Below, piece after piece: positions 12,312 through 25,490 of a stretch of 64,000 bases of DNA. Position 1 is the first letter of the stretch. Each line of letters opens with the position of its first letter. The notes under the pieces are model-generated. The model ran no database searches and was not told the DNA's origin. It saw nothing but the letters and a program-made list of their open reading frames with translations. Both the position numbers and the translations under genes were made by a program. The DNA is from Vicugna vicugna (Eukaryota): NCBI GenBank assembly GCA_013265495.1, contig MU058037.1, positions 621,498 through 685,497 of the forward strand, read 5' to 3'.

Positions 12312-14431
12312 TTTTTGGTAATTAAAAATACAGAAACAATAAAAGAAAAGACTGATAAGTTTGATTAGGAAGATAGAGATATAGGTATACAGATATGTAT
12401 TTTATAAAGTTGTTGCACAGCAAAAATAAATAACCACAAGCAAAGTAAAAACTGGGGAAAATATGTACAAATAATATCACAAATTATATCTCTAACATTT
12501 AAAGAGTTTCTAAAAATCGAGTGGAAAAATATCAACAATCCGATTTTTTAAAAAAGAGCTAAAGATATGAACAATAGTTCACAGAAAAAGAAACACACAT
12601 GACTCTTACCTTATGAAACTCGAATACTATCAAACATTGTTTATTCTTTTAGCTTTTGACTGAGAGTTTCTACCAAGATAGGCATCTATCCCAAAGATAC
12701 ATTGGCAAAAATTATGGACTAATACATGCCCAAAGTTGATTGTAGCACTGATTGTAATAGGAAAAGATTGAATTTAGTTACATTTTAAAAGAAAGCATAG
12801 AAGAATAAGCAAAAACATTTTTAAAAAATGGTTGTGTACAGGGGATAGAGGGAAGATGGCAGAGGAGATGGAAGTAGAAGCTGGATCTCTCTGAATGAAT
12901 GTATCTTACTGTATAATTTTGACTTTGAAACCATAAAAATGGTTTTCATAATTAAAAACAAAGTTAAAGTCTGAAAAAAAAATTCAGTCTCTAATAAGAA
13001 AAACCAAACTAAAGCAAATGAGGTCAAATGTCTCTCTAATTGGTGGCATAACCATGATGAGAAAAGTTATTTCAAGGGACTAAAATACAGTATTTTGACT
13101 CTATTTCTAGGTGGCAAAAATAATTACAAATAAATGTTAATTGTGTTCAGAAGTCTTATTATTAGTAATTTTTGAATTATTTTGAAACTATGATACATAG
13201 ATATAAAAATAGTAGGACAGAGCATATAAATAATTATGCTAATATCATATAGGAAACAAGATTTTAAATATAAGAAAAAAGATTCAGAAAATCAAAGTTA
13301 TAAATAAAAAGCCTGGCAATCTTAAATTAAAATTCAAAATGCGAGTATGAATAAATAACAGACCAAGGTGCTGTGTCAAAAGGACACATCCTAAGATGGG
13401 AAAATTTGAATACCAAAAACTAAATCATTAATGTAATAGCTTGTAACATCATCAGACATACAAATCCAGTGACTTTATAGTGGTACTAAAAATAAACTTC
13501 CTTGATCACCTTTAGAAGTTACTACATCAACTCAATATGCCAAAAAATAGTTAACAGTAAGAATCAAGAATTTGTACTGCTTTTTATGTAAACATGTATT
13601 TCAAGATAACAGAATAACTGATGAAAGTTTTCCTTCATTGACAAATTATAGCTGATAAATGCTTTTTAAAAAGTGATAAAATTTAAGTCACCACTTTGCA
13701 ACCCTTTTTGGAATAACAGATGCAGGTTAAAATTATCGTTGATGCTAAAACTATGAGATAAATGATGGGAAACTTTACAGTAGATGAATCAGACTTGTGA
13801 AATTTCAACCCACTTACCAATATTAACATCACTAGAATTGCCTCCTAAGTGATGGAGGAAGGACACAGCACCACCTATGAATATTCCCTCTCAACACACA
13901 CATGCACATACTATATATAATATGTAACATATAAATATATATGTGTGTGTATATATATATATATAGGTTTACATTGAAACTTATTATCTTAGAACAAAGA
14001 CCTTAATTTCTTATTTCTATATCTTTAAAAATATTTATTCTCTTTATAGATGTGTTTATCACTGTATCTCTATTTCTAGTATTTTGTCTTAAATTTCAAA
14101 TTTTAAATATCATTTGAAAGTCACCATTTTATGTTTGAAGTTGTATAACTCTTATTTTGACCTTTCATTTTTTCCCTTTTTGTTTTAATTTTGTCTTGCA
14201 TTATTCTTAGTTTTGATTTTAGTATCTTCTTAATCTTATACTTCCCAGTTATTATCTTAGATGTTTGCCTTTTAGTTTTTGCTAGTTTCATTTTACTTTG
14301 ATTTTGTTTATAGTGCCCAACAAAAGTGGGGCCCCAAGGAGAGTGGAACTGAAGACAGTCCATGCTATGAAAAGGAATCCTAGAGGTTTCTTCTCTGCAG
14401 GCACTCGTAGAGTAGTTCTTAGCACCTACTA

Positions 14432-14467
14432 ATGATGATAATAATAATAATAATAATAGTAATAATA
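14432..14467. repeat. (ATG/ATA)n trinucleotide repeat
   Basis: atgatgataataataataataataatagtaataata. Confidence 0.85.
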
Positions 14468-15789
14468 CCGCTCATTATTTACAAGAATGTCTCTCCCAAA
14501 CCACATTTTTGTGCAACTCAGTAGAGAAGCTATTAAATCTTACAAGGTAAAAGTTAATTCTCTGCAAAGATGGAATGCTTTTGGTACTAGAATCCTCCCG
14601 GTGTTACTTGGCAACCAGTTCTTATATGAGAAACTATGTATTTCAAAATCTACATAAATCCATAAGACAGGGAACAAACAATACTTTAAAGTAGGGAAAT
14701 ACGAGACAGGTAGTTATACATACACAAGGATTCATCATATATCTCCCTTACTATGACCCGGGTGAGGAAGCAGGGAATGTTAAACAGCTTGAAAGATCAT
14801 CAAGCTGAATTTAAAGATCAATATAATTTTCGTGTTTCCACTTTATCATGTTGAGTTGAAATAGACAGAATAATTTATTCATATTATCACTGATTGTAGC
14901 TGATTTCTTACTACAAAGCTGTATTCTGAAAGAAATCGGTTCAATTATAAATGTTTTAAACTGTCTTATGAAGTCAGACTTTTCTCAGATTTGCCTTTCC
15001 ACTTTGGTGTGTTTTAGTTCCTCACCATAAACCTGTGTTTGTTGATATTATATGATTAGTGACTATTTTCCTCTAAATTACTTACAGAAGTTACATATGA
15101 GGAGCTAGAAGATTTAACAACAACAACAAAAGATTGATCAGTTAGGCTCTTAAAATCATATATAATAAGAGTACATCTTGTAGGCAGAATAAAACACTAT
15201 GTTGAAACAACTAAATTTTATCCTAAATTTTCCGTAAGTGTTCAGAAAATCAGAAGCCTGGAAACAGAAGCTCATGTCGTGATATTTTATTTGTGATTAT
15301 AGTTTATATTTTATGTATACTCTTTGTTAACAAAATGGTTTATAGGCATTTCAAGAATGATTATAGGAAAACAAACTAACTTTAAAAGCTGGGATGCTTT
15401 GCTGCTATTAAGCAAAGAAGAATTCAAAGATATTATTTGGAATGGAAATCTAATGAAGATTTGTCTAAAATATACATTGAAATGTTCAGAACATTTCAAT
15501 TAATTTGGTCTTCTGTTTCAAAGCTTAATTATCCTTATGGAAAAGAATCTCAAAATCATTGGTTTTCAGTCCTGATCCACTCTTTTGATCATTGTGCTGA
15601 TATTCTAAGACACTGACATTATGGCAACCTGAGAAAATAAACACTACTCTAGACATCTGTATCCTTGTTTTCACACCTTGAATGAAGCACATATGCTGTA
15701 CCTCGCTTTCTTCTTTTCTATTTTAGAAAAGAACCAATCAGAAAGAAAAGGCATACAAGCCTTAAAATTGTTAATACTCTATGAAACAA

Positions 15790-16205
15790 AATTTTCACTT
15801 CTAGGAATTTACCATGATAAAAAAAATTGGACAAGTATGTAAATATATGTATATGATTATAATGTGCTGTTATAGTCATGCTTACATATTACCATAGCAC
15901 CATTTATAGTACAAAAATAAAAGGAAACAACTTAAGTGTCCAACTAAAGGGGATTGTTAAATAATTTAGGATAACCTATACAATGATATATAATGAAGTC
16001 ATTGAAAATAAAGATAGCAATGCACTCTTGTAGAAAAGAAGTTGCTAATCAGTGGGTATAAAGTTTCAATTGTGCAGGATGAATGGGTGCTGGAGATCTG
16101 CTGTACAACATAGTGCCTAGATTTAACAATACTGTATTGTACACTTAAAAATCTGTTAAGAGGGTAGATCTCATGTTGTGTCCTTACAATAACAAAATTA
16201 TTTTA
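15790..16205 (+). mobile_element. L1ME fragment followed by a younger L1MA/MB 3' end (about 16035-16205)
   Basis: TTTCACTTCTAGGAATTTA...GGAAACAACTTAAGTGTCCAAC, then GGAGATCTGCTGTACAACATAGTGCCTA...GAGGGTAGATCTCATGTT. Confidence 0.7.
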
Positions 16206-16358
16206 AAGATCACAGTCATATGTAACCTTGAAAAGGAGAGTACAAATAATATCTGGCGAATAACACCATGTTTTTGTCTCTGTGTGTGTATGTATTGTGT
16301 GTGTACTTTATATATATATATAAATTCTTGAAGGTTATACAGCAAAATGATAAAGGTT

Positions 16359-16488
16359 GCTGTAAACTCCATGAGGACAGGAAATTTTGAATATTTCTTT
16401 TTTACTTCTGAATCTGCAGTGCCTAAAATGCTGCCTGGCTCATAGAACATATTCAACAGATATTTGTAGAATTAATGAATAAATAAAT
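16359..16488 (+). mobile_element. L2 3' end
   Basis: TGTAAACTCCATGAGGACAGG...GTGCCTAAAATGCTGCCTGGCTCATAG...ATATTTGTAGAATTAATGAATAAAT. Confidence 0.8.
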
Positions 16489-16709
16489 GGTTACATCTAA
16501 ATGTTGAATTACAAATTATTTTTTGTTTCTCCTTGTTTTCTAATTATGACATATGACATAAAGTGTACTATGTCATAATTAGAAAATAAAGTTCCTCAAT
16601 AAAAGTGTACTATTCATTATTTTATGTTTTGTTTCATTTTGGGAAAAATGACTTAAGAGTTACTATTAATGTTTTCAGGAGTCCCAGAAGTGGTTAAATA
16701 CATACATAC

Positions 16710-16716
<7 letters not shown>

Positions 16717-16760
<44 letters not shown>
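16717..16760. repeat. (TG)22 microsatellite
   Basis: Perfect run. Confidence 0.95.
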
Positions 16761-16763
<3 letters not shown>

Positions 16764-17974
16764 ATATATGTATATCAATCACAGCTATTCCAAAAAGTAT
16801 GTCACAAAATTTTTGGAAATATTTACGTTCTGAAAGACATATTACATTCGTGTTTATGTTATTGATGCTGTTAACATTTAAATTTTTGGAATGAATCTAT
16901 CTATTGGCAAATCACTATGACTTCTTACTTAAAAAAAAGAAATATCTTTGAGGAAAAAGTATGTGTACTGTTGCTATTGTTAAGTAATTTAAATCAATAG
17001 TCCTTACTTAACAACTCAACTTTCCCAAGGGCCTTGATTTTATGTGGTGTCTGAGAGATATAGCATGCACCATTACTCTTTAAACATCTACTTTAATTGT
17101 TCTTTTAATTTTGCAGACTTTACATAGACACCCAGATCTGTTGACAGAGCAAATGAACTACAAATCCTATCCTTTCTACTTTGTCAGTCTTAACTGCTTG
17201 GTAAATTGGGTTCAGGTTTGCAAGGGGTGATGTTATTGCCAAAGGTTTTTAACCGTGAACAGTAACATGGATAGAATGCAAATATTTTCAGTGCACGGTA
17301 ACGAAGTTTGTCTCCTTTATTTCTGAAGTAATGTACTTGTTAACAATGCTCTGTTCTAAAGAAGATGTGACGCGTTGTAAACTCTTCTGCCTATAACTGT
17401 CATTTAGAATTCTTCAGTGAAGGGACAGATGCCAGATTTTGGGTCATCAAGTTTGCTTGTAATTTTCCAATAGCCTACAGTTGGATTGTTAAATATAAAG
17501 TGGAATTTTAAATATTAGCAAAATCTATTTTAAGTCCTCCCCAAACCCATGTATTTTAATAACTGAAGTACCAAAGCACGTTATTATCTGGAGGCATGGT
17601 TAAAGAAGGCAATTCTGCTGTAAGGCTTCAGGATATATGAGAGTCAGGGTGTTTTAAGACATGAGTCGTTTACTTTAATGCTCAGGTACAGACTAGGAAA
17701 GCAGACTCTCAGGGAACTCTGAATTTAGAACTTACCAGGAAGTAAATATGTAAATTCCTGAGTTCACTCATGGGAAGAAGTTTCAAAAATGATTCAGGAT
17801 ACTACCATAAAAGAAAAATTAATGGAGGAAAATTGTGTCTGATCACTGAAGCACGGATATAGAATGAAACCATGCATAGATTAGGTACTCAAGAAAGAGA
17901 CTCATGAATGTATAAAAATTCAAAGGAAATTCACTGAGGTTTAGGGATGTAGTTTTCCTCAGAGTAATACCATC

Positions 17975-19232
17975 TTTTTAAAGTTAGGTTTACTGAGATG
18001 TAATTTATGTACAATAAAACTCATCCTTTTTAGATAAACAGTTCAGTGAGTTTTGACAAATGTATTCTTTGTGTAACCACCACCATGTTCTAGATATGAA
18101 ATATTGTAACTCCCAAGAAGTTCTCTTCTTTTGTGCTTAGTTCCCGCCTCCCACCCTCAGCCCCAGGCAACTACTGATCTGATTTCTGTCCTGATACCTT
18201 TACCTTTACCAAAATGTCATATAAATGGCATCATAGCTATGTAGCCTTTGTATTTTCACTTAGTAGAATGCTTTTGACATCCATCCGTGTTGTCGCATGT
18301 GTCAGTAGTTCATTCCTTTTTATTGCTATTCTGTTGCATGAGCGTATCCATTCACTGATTGGTACACATTTGAATTATTTCCAGTATTCTGCAGTTATGA
18401 ATAAAGCTGTTAAACACATTTGCATACAAATCTTTGTGTAGACATACGTTTTCATTTTTGTGGGTAAATACCTAAAAATGGGATCACTGAGTTGTGTAGT
18501 GAATGTATATTTAACTTTATAAAAAGCTGCTAAACTGTTTTCTACAGTAGTTGTACCATTTTGCATTCCTGTTAGCAAAGCATTAGAATTCCTGTTGCTC
18601 CACAGCTAGGCAATTCTAGTTGTTCCACGTTTCCGTCAGCATTTGGCATTGTCAGGATTTGTTGGGGTTTTGTTTTGTTTTCTTTTAGTTTTAGCATTCT
18701 TATAGAGCTGTAATGGTATCACATTGTGGCTGTGTTTTGCATTTCCCTAATGATTAATCTTGCATGGCTTACTTCTTATCCGTATCTCTTCAATAAAATG
18801 TGTATTCAAATTTTTGGACCCTTTAAATCAAGTGTTTTTTCCTTATTATTGAGTTAGAAGAGTTCTTTATATACTCTGTCTTTTATCAGATAGGTGTTTG
18901 CAAGTGTTTTCTCCTTGTCTGTTTATTTTCTTAATTCTTTCAAAGAAGAGACATTTTTAATTTTATGAAGTTCAAATGATCAGTTTTTATTTTGTGTTTT
19001 GTGTTGTTTATATTTTATATGACAAATCTTTGCCTAACCCAAGGATTGAGAAATATCTTCTATGTTTTCATGTAGATGTTTCATACTTTTAAGTGTTATA
19101 TTTAGGTCTGTGATCCATTTCAATTTAATTTTTCTATATTCAATGAGAAAAGGGCTGAAGTTCCCTGTATCTCTCTCTTTCCTTGCTTCTTTCTTCCTCC
19201 CTCCCTCTCTCTTTCCTTCCTTCCTTTCTTTC

Positions 19233-19288
<56 letters not shown>

Positions 19289-19570
19289 TCATCTTAGAGA
19301 TGTCCAGTTGTTCCTATACTGTTTGTCCACTTGTTGAAAATATTATCACTTATCCCTTGAATTATCTTTGAGTCTTTGTCAAAATCCAATTTGCCAAATA
19401 TGTGTAGGTCTATTTCTGGACTCTCCATTGATCTATATGTCTAGCCTTACTACAAGTTTTAACTACTATAACTTTAGAGTAAATTTTGAAATCAAGTAGT
19501 ATAAATTGTCCAGCTTTGTTCCTCTTTTACAAAGTTGTTTATGCTCGTCTGATTCCTTGGTTTTTCCACA
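17975..19570 (-). mobile_element. L1MB-like LINE, 3' end and ORF2 remnant
   Basis: Minus-strand ORF 18375-18578 (GMQNGTTTVENSLA...MKTYVYTKICMQMCLTALFITAEYWK) is L1 ORF2 C-terminal-like. L1MB-type 3' end at 17975. Confidence 0.9.
19212..19290. repeat. (TTCC)/(TTTC)n microsatellite inside the L1
   Basis: Direct reading. Confidence 0.95.
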
Positions 19571-20129
19571 TGTCATTTTTAAGTCGTAAAATTCAAATAA
19601 TTAAATAATGTGTAGGCTATACAAATTCACAGATTGTCAAGAGCATTACAAACAATGGCAAATGTGTTTGTGTATATAAACTAAAATACTTTTAAGCCAA
19701 TTAACAGGTTATAGGAGAGAAAATTTAGGAAACTATAAATGTAAGAATATGTGTATAAAAAATATAGCAGAGAACCTCAGGGACCATAACTACTACCATG
19801 GATTCCAAATGTGCTTGAAATAGGTTTATTGGTAAATTAATCTCTTAACCTGCATTATTGTTAAATATTTCTGAGCAATATGTTTCTGTGCAGTTTGGGG
19901 AAAAGGAATTTTCAGATGCATAGTTACTGACAATGTTGGGTGTACTTTCCTCCATATCTTGTCTTCTTCTATTTTTAATGAAAGTTATTGTACACACTCC
20001 AAAATACATTTGAAGCTTTCAAATTATTAGCTATTTTATGACTTCTCGTGATATGTGAGCAGTAGAATGCTCATTTGATGCTAGCTTGATAAAAGAATTG
20101 TCACTTTGTACTATGATCTAGGTCACTAG

Positions 20130-20335
20130 CCAGCAAATCAGGGCCCACAGGCCTAATCTAGCTTGTGCCCATTTTTGTAATTAAACTTGTACTGGGATAC
20201 AGCCATGCTAATTTGTTTATATATTATCTTTGTCTGCTTTCATGCCACAAGGGCAGAGCTGAGTAATTGCAACAGAGACCACATAGCCCACAAAGCCTAA
20301 AATATTTACTATCTGGCCCTTTACTGAAATGAGTT
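20130..20335 (+). mobile_element. MER58A (hAT-Charlie MITE)
   Basis: GCAGAGCTGAGTAATTGCAACAGAGACC...CCCACAAAGCCTAAAATATTTACTATCTGGCCCTTTAC. Confidence 0.85.
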
Positions 20336-20449
20336 TTTAAAGAAGCTTCAGGATTAAATAAGGGAAAGAAGGTTGAAAAAATCTTCTGGGAAAAAATGAA
20401 GGTGTCTGGGTATCATTAACCAAAAACAAACAAAAGATGGAAAAGTCTT

Positions 20450-20980
20450 TGGGGTCAAGCTCTAGAGACCTTTGAACCCAAGATTAAGAGACACGGATTC
20501 TCACTGTGCTGTACACCAACCAATTAACACAACTTTTAAACTGACTATACTTCAATAAAATTTGTTTTAAATAAATCAACAAAATTTTTAACAGAGACAC
20601 GAATTCTATTATTAAAGCAATGAATGCACACTGAATGTTTCTGAGAGGCAAAGTAACATCATCAAATGTGGTTACAAAAGCAATAACTTCTGAAATATGG
20701 ACAAAAAGTAAAAATATGCTGTTACTATTGTCTTGATGAGTTATTATGGAGCCAGCAGGAATTTTAAAGATATTTTTGAGATGGAATTGACAGAATATAT
20801 TGGCTTATTGGTTGTGACGGTAAGAAAGGTGATGCTAATTTTGACAGTTTTTGAGATTGGCAGTCCCATTAATTGGAAATATGGGACTCTTAGATACGCT
20901 GTTGAGTTGAGATACTTGTGAGAATTCTACATGGAAGTATCCATTAGTTAGTTGGAAGTAGAAATGTGGAGCTTAGCCAA
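20450..20980 (-). mobile_element. L2 fragment, interrupted by a short L1 tail
   Basis: Purine-rich L2 antisense pattern (GAGATGGAATTGACAGAA, GTTGAGTTGAGATACTTGTGAGA). Confidence 0.55.
20502..20592 (+). mobile_element. Extremely 5'-truncated lineage-specific L1 3' tail
   Basis: CACTGTGCTGTACACC...ACTGACTATACTTCAATAAAA plus an A-rich tail. TSD AGAGACACG(G/A)ATTCT at 20487-20501 and 20593-20607 (14/15). Confidence 0.8.
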
Positions 20981-21999
20981 ATAATAGCTCTCCTATTAGT
21001 GCTTTGATAACTGTGCTAGCCCTGCATTTTGCTGTAGATTGTTAAAAGTCACAGTGATAAGTTGAGTGTTAATAACAAAATGAGCAATGTATTTTAAAAG
21101 TGCAGTACTGATTCAAATATGGCAACAGGTTGACCATTGGCAGAGTTATTGCTACTGGACTAAAAAAGTGAAAGGAAATGTTGCCTTACATGTAGCTTTT
21201 CAGCTCCAGTACTAGTTTTTGTTTATTTTATTGTTCTGTTTTGAAGGAGGTAAAGTCTAAATTCTTCATAGATAACAAGTAAAGGCAACTTATACTTACA
21301 TATGCTCCTTAGATAATATAAAAGCCATGTATGTGCTTGATTCCTGGTTCGTTCACAATTGCTGTCTTCCTTAGTAATGAATTGTAATTTTAAATTTTAT
21401 CTAGTTGTTTGATTAAAGAGATAAAAAGCTTCTGTCCTCAGCTAATCAACTCTGTCTATAACTGATACTAAGAGTGTCTGTATTGTTTTTCTTATAAAGA
21501 CAGTGGATTGTCCTTGGCTGGTAGCTCTGTAAGGACCCTATATTCTCGTGATTTTTAGCAGCTGATATAAATTCGGTGTCAAAAGTCCAAAGGATTTTAA
21601 GCTCCATATAATGTTATTGTTAAAGTTTTTAATTTGCATCAATTTAATTCTCTTGTCAGTTGTCACACCCTATTAGAGATATGCCTCATCATATGCTGAA
21701 GGAGCAAATTAAGTCTGAGGTACAAAATGATGTGGCTTCCTGGGAAAGGCTATCCAGGGGTCCAAATTCAGCCATTTTGAGCTCACTGATCATTAATTTT
21801 TATATCTCTTGGGAATCTAGAATAGCGTCCTCTGGACATCAGAGATTTGTAAATGGTGTCAGGATTTTATAGTTCTCTTGAGGAAGCGTAAATGACACTG
21901 TTTTTAATGGTGAAATGTTTCTTTATCTTCTTCTTGCTATTGTCCTCGTGGTGCAAGTTTCCAGTACGTTCATTTGCATTAGCCTTTCCACCCTTACAC

Positions 22000-22612
22000 A
22001 ATAATCCTTTAAAAGCTAAATCAGATCGTGGCACTCTTTAAATTCAGCGGCGCTCTCACTTATGTCAGAGTAAGAGCACTGAAAAGGACCGACAAGGCCC
22101 TATGTGAACTAGCTGTTTGTTTCCTTTCTGACTCCATTTTCTATTTCTCTCACCTTCTTTCATTCTGACATACTTACACTGACTCAGTATCCCTTGAAAA
22201 TGCCAGGCACACCTCTGCCTTTGAACCTTTGTACATGTTTCATGCAACTACCTAGAATGTTTCACTCCCAACTATTCATATGATTTACACACACTGCTTC
22301 CGTTTCTTCTATACTTTACTCAGATATCATCTTCCTGCTGACAGTTTTCCTGAGCACGTATGAAAAATTGCACCTCCCTCTCCTCAACACTTCCGGTCTC
22401 TTTCTTTTTCTTGTAAGTCCTTATTGACTGTATAATAGACTATATATTTTACCTGTGTGTCTTTATATTATCTGCCTCTCCCCAGCTAGAATGCAAGCTC
22501 CATGAAGACAGAGATTTTTGTCTATTTTGTTAACTTCTGAATCCATATGCCAAAATAGTGCCTGATATGAAGTGAGATCTCAGTAAACATTTGCCAAATG
22601 AATAAATTAATT
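22000..22612 (+). mobile_element. L2a-like 3' region
   Basis: CTAGAATGCAAGCTCCATGAAGACAGAGATTTTTGTC...AACATTTGCCAAATGAATAAAT. Confidence 0.85.
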
Positions 22613-23077
22613 TGAATCTGCTGTGTCTGTTTTAGTTTATACAACTCTTACTTCCCTCTGTCCTTTCTCCCCCCCTTATTCCTTCCTTTCTTCCCAAGTG
22701 GGGCTATAGAACAACAGGGCCTGTCTTTTGCCGGGGTTATAAGTTTCCCAGAAACTCTCAGAGATAAACCAAAAGGAAAGAGAACAGTGTTGACTATACT
22801 AGAGGAAATATGTGAATACCTGTCCTGGCCTTGTAGGTGTCTGGTTTGTAGAAAGATGGATGCTATGGATTTTCTTAAACTAAGGCATTGTCATTCTTGG
22901 GGTGGGGAGGGTGCATAAGAGGCCAAGCCACTACTTGTATGCAAAGGGCATGAGCTATTCACGTCTTCACCATTTTATCCCCAATGCCTTGCATGAAGCC
23001 TGAAACTTACCAGGTAGTACTCAAAAACATGGTAAAAGAAAGAAGGCTAAGACTACTCTTTCTTTCTGTTCCCACAG

Positions 23078-23260
23078 ACCTACCCGTCACCTGGGCAAGG
23101 GGTCTTCCTCACCTGAAACAAGCAGAATGGGGGTGGTTGGTGCCCATGTTCCAAGTCCATCCTTGATACTTACTTCGACTATGCAAGTTGTCAAGGAGTG
23201 CAGCTTCCTGGGAGAATACAGAATGGCAGCTCTCTGTGGAGACCTACCAGAGGGCCAAAG
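23078..23260 (+). other. Candidate internal exon (183 nt), host transcript unknown
   Basis: Acceptor GGCTAAGACTACTCTTTCTTTCTGTTCCCACAG|, donor AAG|GTAAGG. One frame is open throughout; the peptide is not recognised. Confidence 0.35.
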
Positions 23261-23964
23261 GTAAGGAAGTAAAATAAGCTGTCTTTGAAGTTTTAACAGT
23301 TCTATGAATGCCAAGTATGGTGACCTCAGACACTGTGTGGAATTTAACGAGGTCTATCACCATGGGAGCTAATTAGATATGGTAGGCCATGTAACTTTTA
23401 TTTCATAAACCAGAAATTTTTAATGGGCCTTTTTATTTCCTTTGAGTGTTCCCTCCTTCCCTTCAACTACAGGTTGTTGCCCAAGTATCTCTGGCCATCG
23501 CTAATTATCTGTTTGCTTCAGGCAAGACAGGATCTGACTGTCAGTCCAAGAGCAGCCTTGGGCAAAATAATTCACAACTATACTTACCAAAAATTGTTCT
23601 ATCAGTGCATCTCTGCAACAACACTTTCCATCATCACAGTTGTCTTGGTGCTTTTAAGAGTTTTCATTCTTTGCGGTTGTTTGATCCCATCCATCCCTCT
23701 GGATTTTGAGCTCTTAGACTCTGTGAGTACCATGGGTCTGCATCTATTCTTAGCTAGCCCAGGGAATCAATACTCCAATATTTTCCAAGATTATCGAATT
23801 AAAAATGTATTAGTCTGAATTAGGGAACATCTCATCTGCCCTAAACTTTTAGAAACTTACTGAATGACTGCATAAATATTTTATCCTTATTTGTTCCAAA
23901 AAGAAGCTTAGGCACCTGACAAAGTGAATGCAGTATGAGAACATAATATATTGAAAATAAGTGA

Positions 23965-25490
23965 TGGGGATTTGAGATGGTAGACTAAGGAATGCATATT
24001 TACCTCACATTCCTCTAGACTTCTTTCTATAGTAGTAGAATAAAGTTACCCCAAAAGGAATAAACCTTAAGAGTGAAGAAAATGGGAGAGGAGAAAAAGA
24101 GATTTCAAAAAATGTCTTCATGAATGTAAGCCAAGGGGAAAGAGTTAAAAGGATACTTTAAAGGTTATCTAAGAGAGGATATGGGTAATCAGAAGAGTAT
24201 TAAAAATTCCTGAGCAACACTACATGTATAGTAAGATGATGATGGAGCAGTTCCTTCAAAATTATAGCCCAGGTTCCTATATTGAGAAAAAACATAAGTA
24301 AATGTGAGGAAAGGATAAAAACATGCAAGGATTTATTAGTTTTATTTCCCACACACCTTTCCTAACAAGTATCTTGAGCATGTACTCTGCCAAAAAAAAA
24401 ATTGTTTAAGGGTAAATCAGGAAGGAGGAATATATGGGAACTAGGAAACTGTGGATCCAACTCAAGAGAGAGTTGAAGTGACATCTCAACATGACAGCAG
24501 TTTGGCAGGCCTGGAGAACACCTGATCCAGTTTGGATCTAGTAGACAGACTCTAGGAGGAAAGTTTCCAGGTTGTAGGATGAGGGATGGGAGAAATTGAT
24601 AGAATAGAGTGTATGATTGAACACTTGGAAAAAAAGAAGGGGCTGATAAAGTTAAATCATGCTTTAATAAGAACTAAGGAAAGGCCATTTGAAACTCTAG
24701 GGGGAAAAAAAACAGAAAGCTATATAAAAAGTCATGATCTAACTCTGAAACAAACTAAATCATACGATGATGTTCAGAAGTTAAAAAACTATAAGAAGAC
24801 AATACCTATGTGCACTTGATGTCAGAACTATTCCCCTTCATGTGGCTTAAGGATCATAGCACTAAGCTCAGGGTGAAGGAAATGCAATTTCAAAATAGAA
24901 CTTGGCCCACAGTGAAGGTGTTTACATTGTCCTAAAAATGAAAATGCTATTTTTGATTCTGAGGTTTTGCAATCATCCTATTAAAAAGTATTTGAAATTG
25001 TGACATTAGCTGCAAATAATTTAAATGTGAACAACTTGGTGATATAAAAGTAAGTATGTAATTCAAATTAGCTAGGACATAAGTGGAGGGTTGTGGGATA
25101 CATGGAAGAAAGGGTCAGCATGCTAATGTCCGTAAAGTAAGGGAAAGGTCAAGAGATATTGATGGAAGTTAATAGAACAGGGGGTCAAACATTTTGTTTA
25201 ATGTCACAAGTGTAATTAATTAGAAATTTAAGCTCAATAACATGTATATAAACATCTGTGGGAAGAAAGAGAAAAGAAAGTTAGCCAACTAAATACATAT
25301 CCTTCATAGCTAAGAAAATGTATGTAGGAGATATGGAGATTATCATAAATTCTACAAACAGAAACACTTAAAATAAGTTGCTTTGTGGAAGTGGTACTGA
25401 GTTAGAGAGGTAAGGAGTGAAAAACTATTGCAATTGTACCTTTTCTGTTTCTTTTGTTGTTTTACCATGCCTGACTATCATTTTTATTCA
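23965..25490 (+). mobile_element. HAL1/old L1-like element
   Basis: AGATGGTAGACT 5'-like motif, then HAL1-like blocks (GGAAACTGTGGATCCAACTCAAGAGAGAG, ACATGACAGC..GCAGGCCTGGAGA). Confidence 0.55.

Larger units (their letters stand above)
10960..13890 (+). mobile_element. Old L1 (L1MC-like) ORF2 3' part plus 3' UTR, interrupted by LTR16/MLT1A
   Basis: Decayed ORF2 motifs (ATTCCATTTATAATA, CCAAAGTTGATTTAT, AAATCCAGAAATGGACC, TTCACAGAAAAAGAAACAC). Confidence 0.7.

Noticed and set aside
14121..14363. Lys-rich 80-aa ORF
   Set aside because: Antisense reading of a T-rich low-complexity tract.
17117..17200. 84-nt open exon-like segment
   Set aside because: The donor TTG|GTAAAT is weak, and a 28-codon open frame is common by chance.
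19062..19371. Phe/Leu/Ser-rich ORFs
   Set aside because: Translations of the (TTTC)n microsatellite inside an L1.
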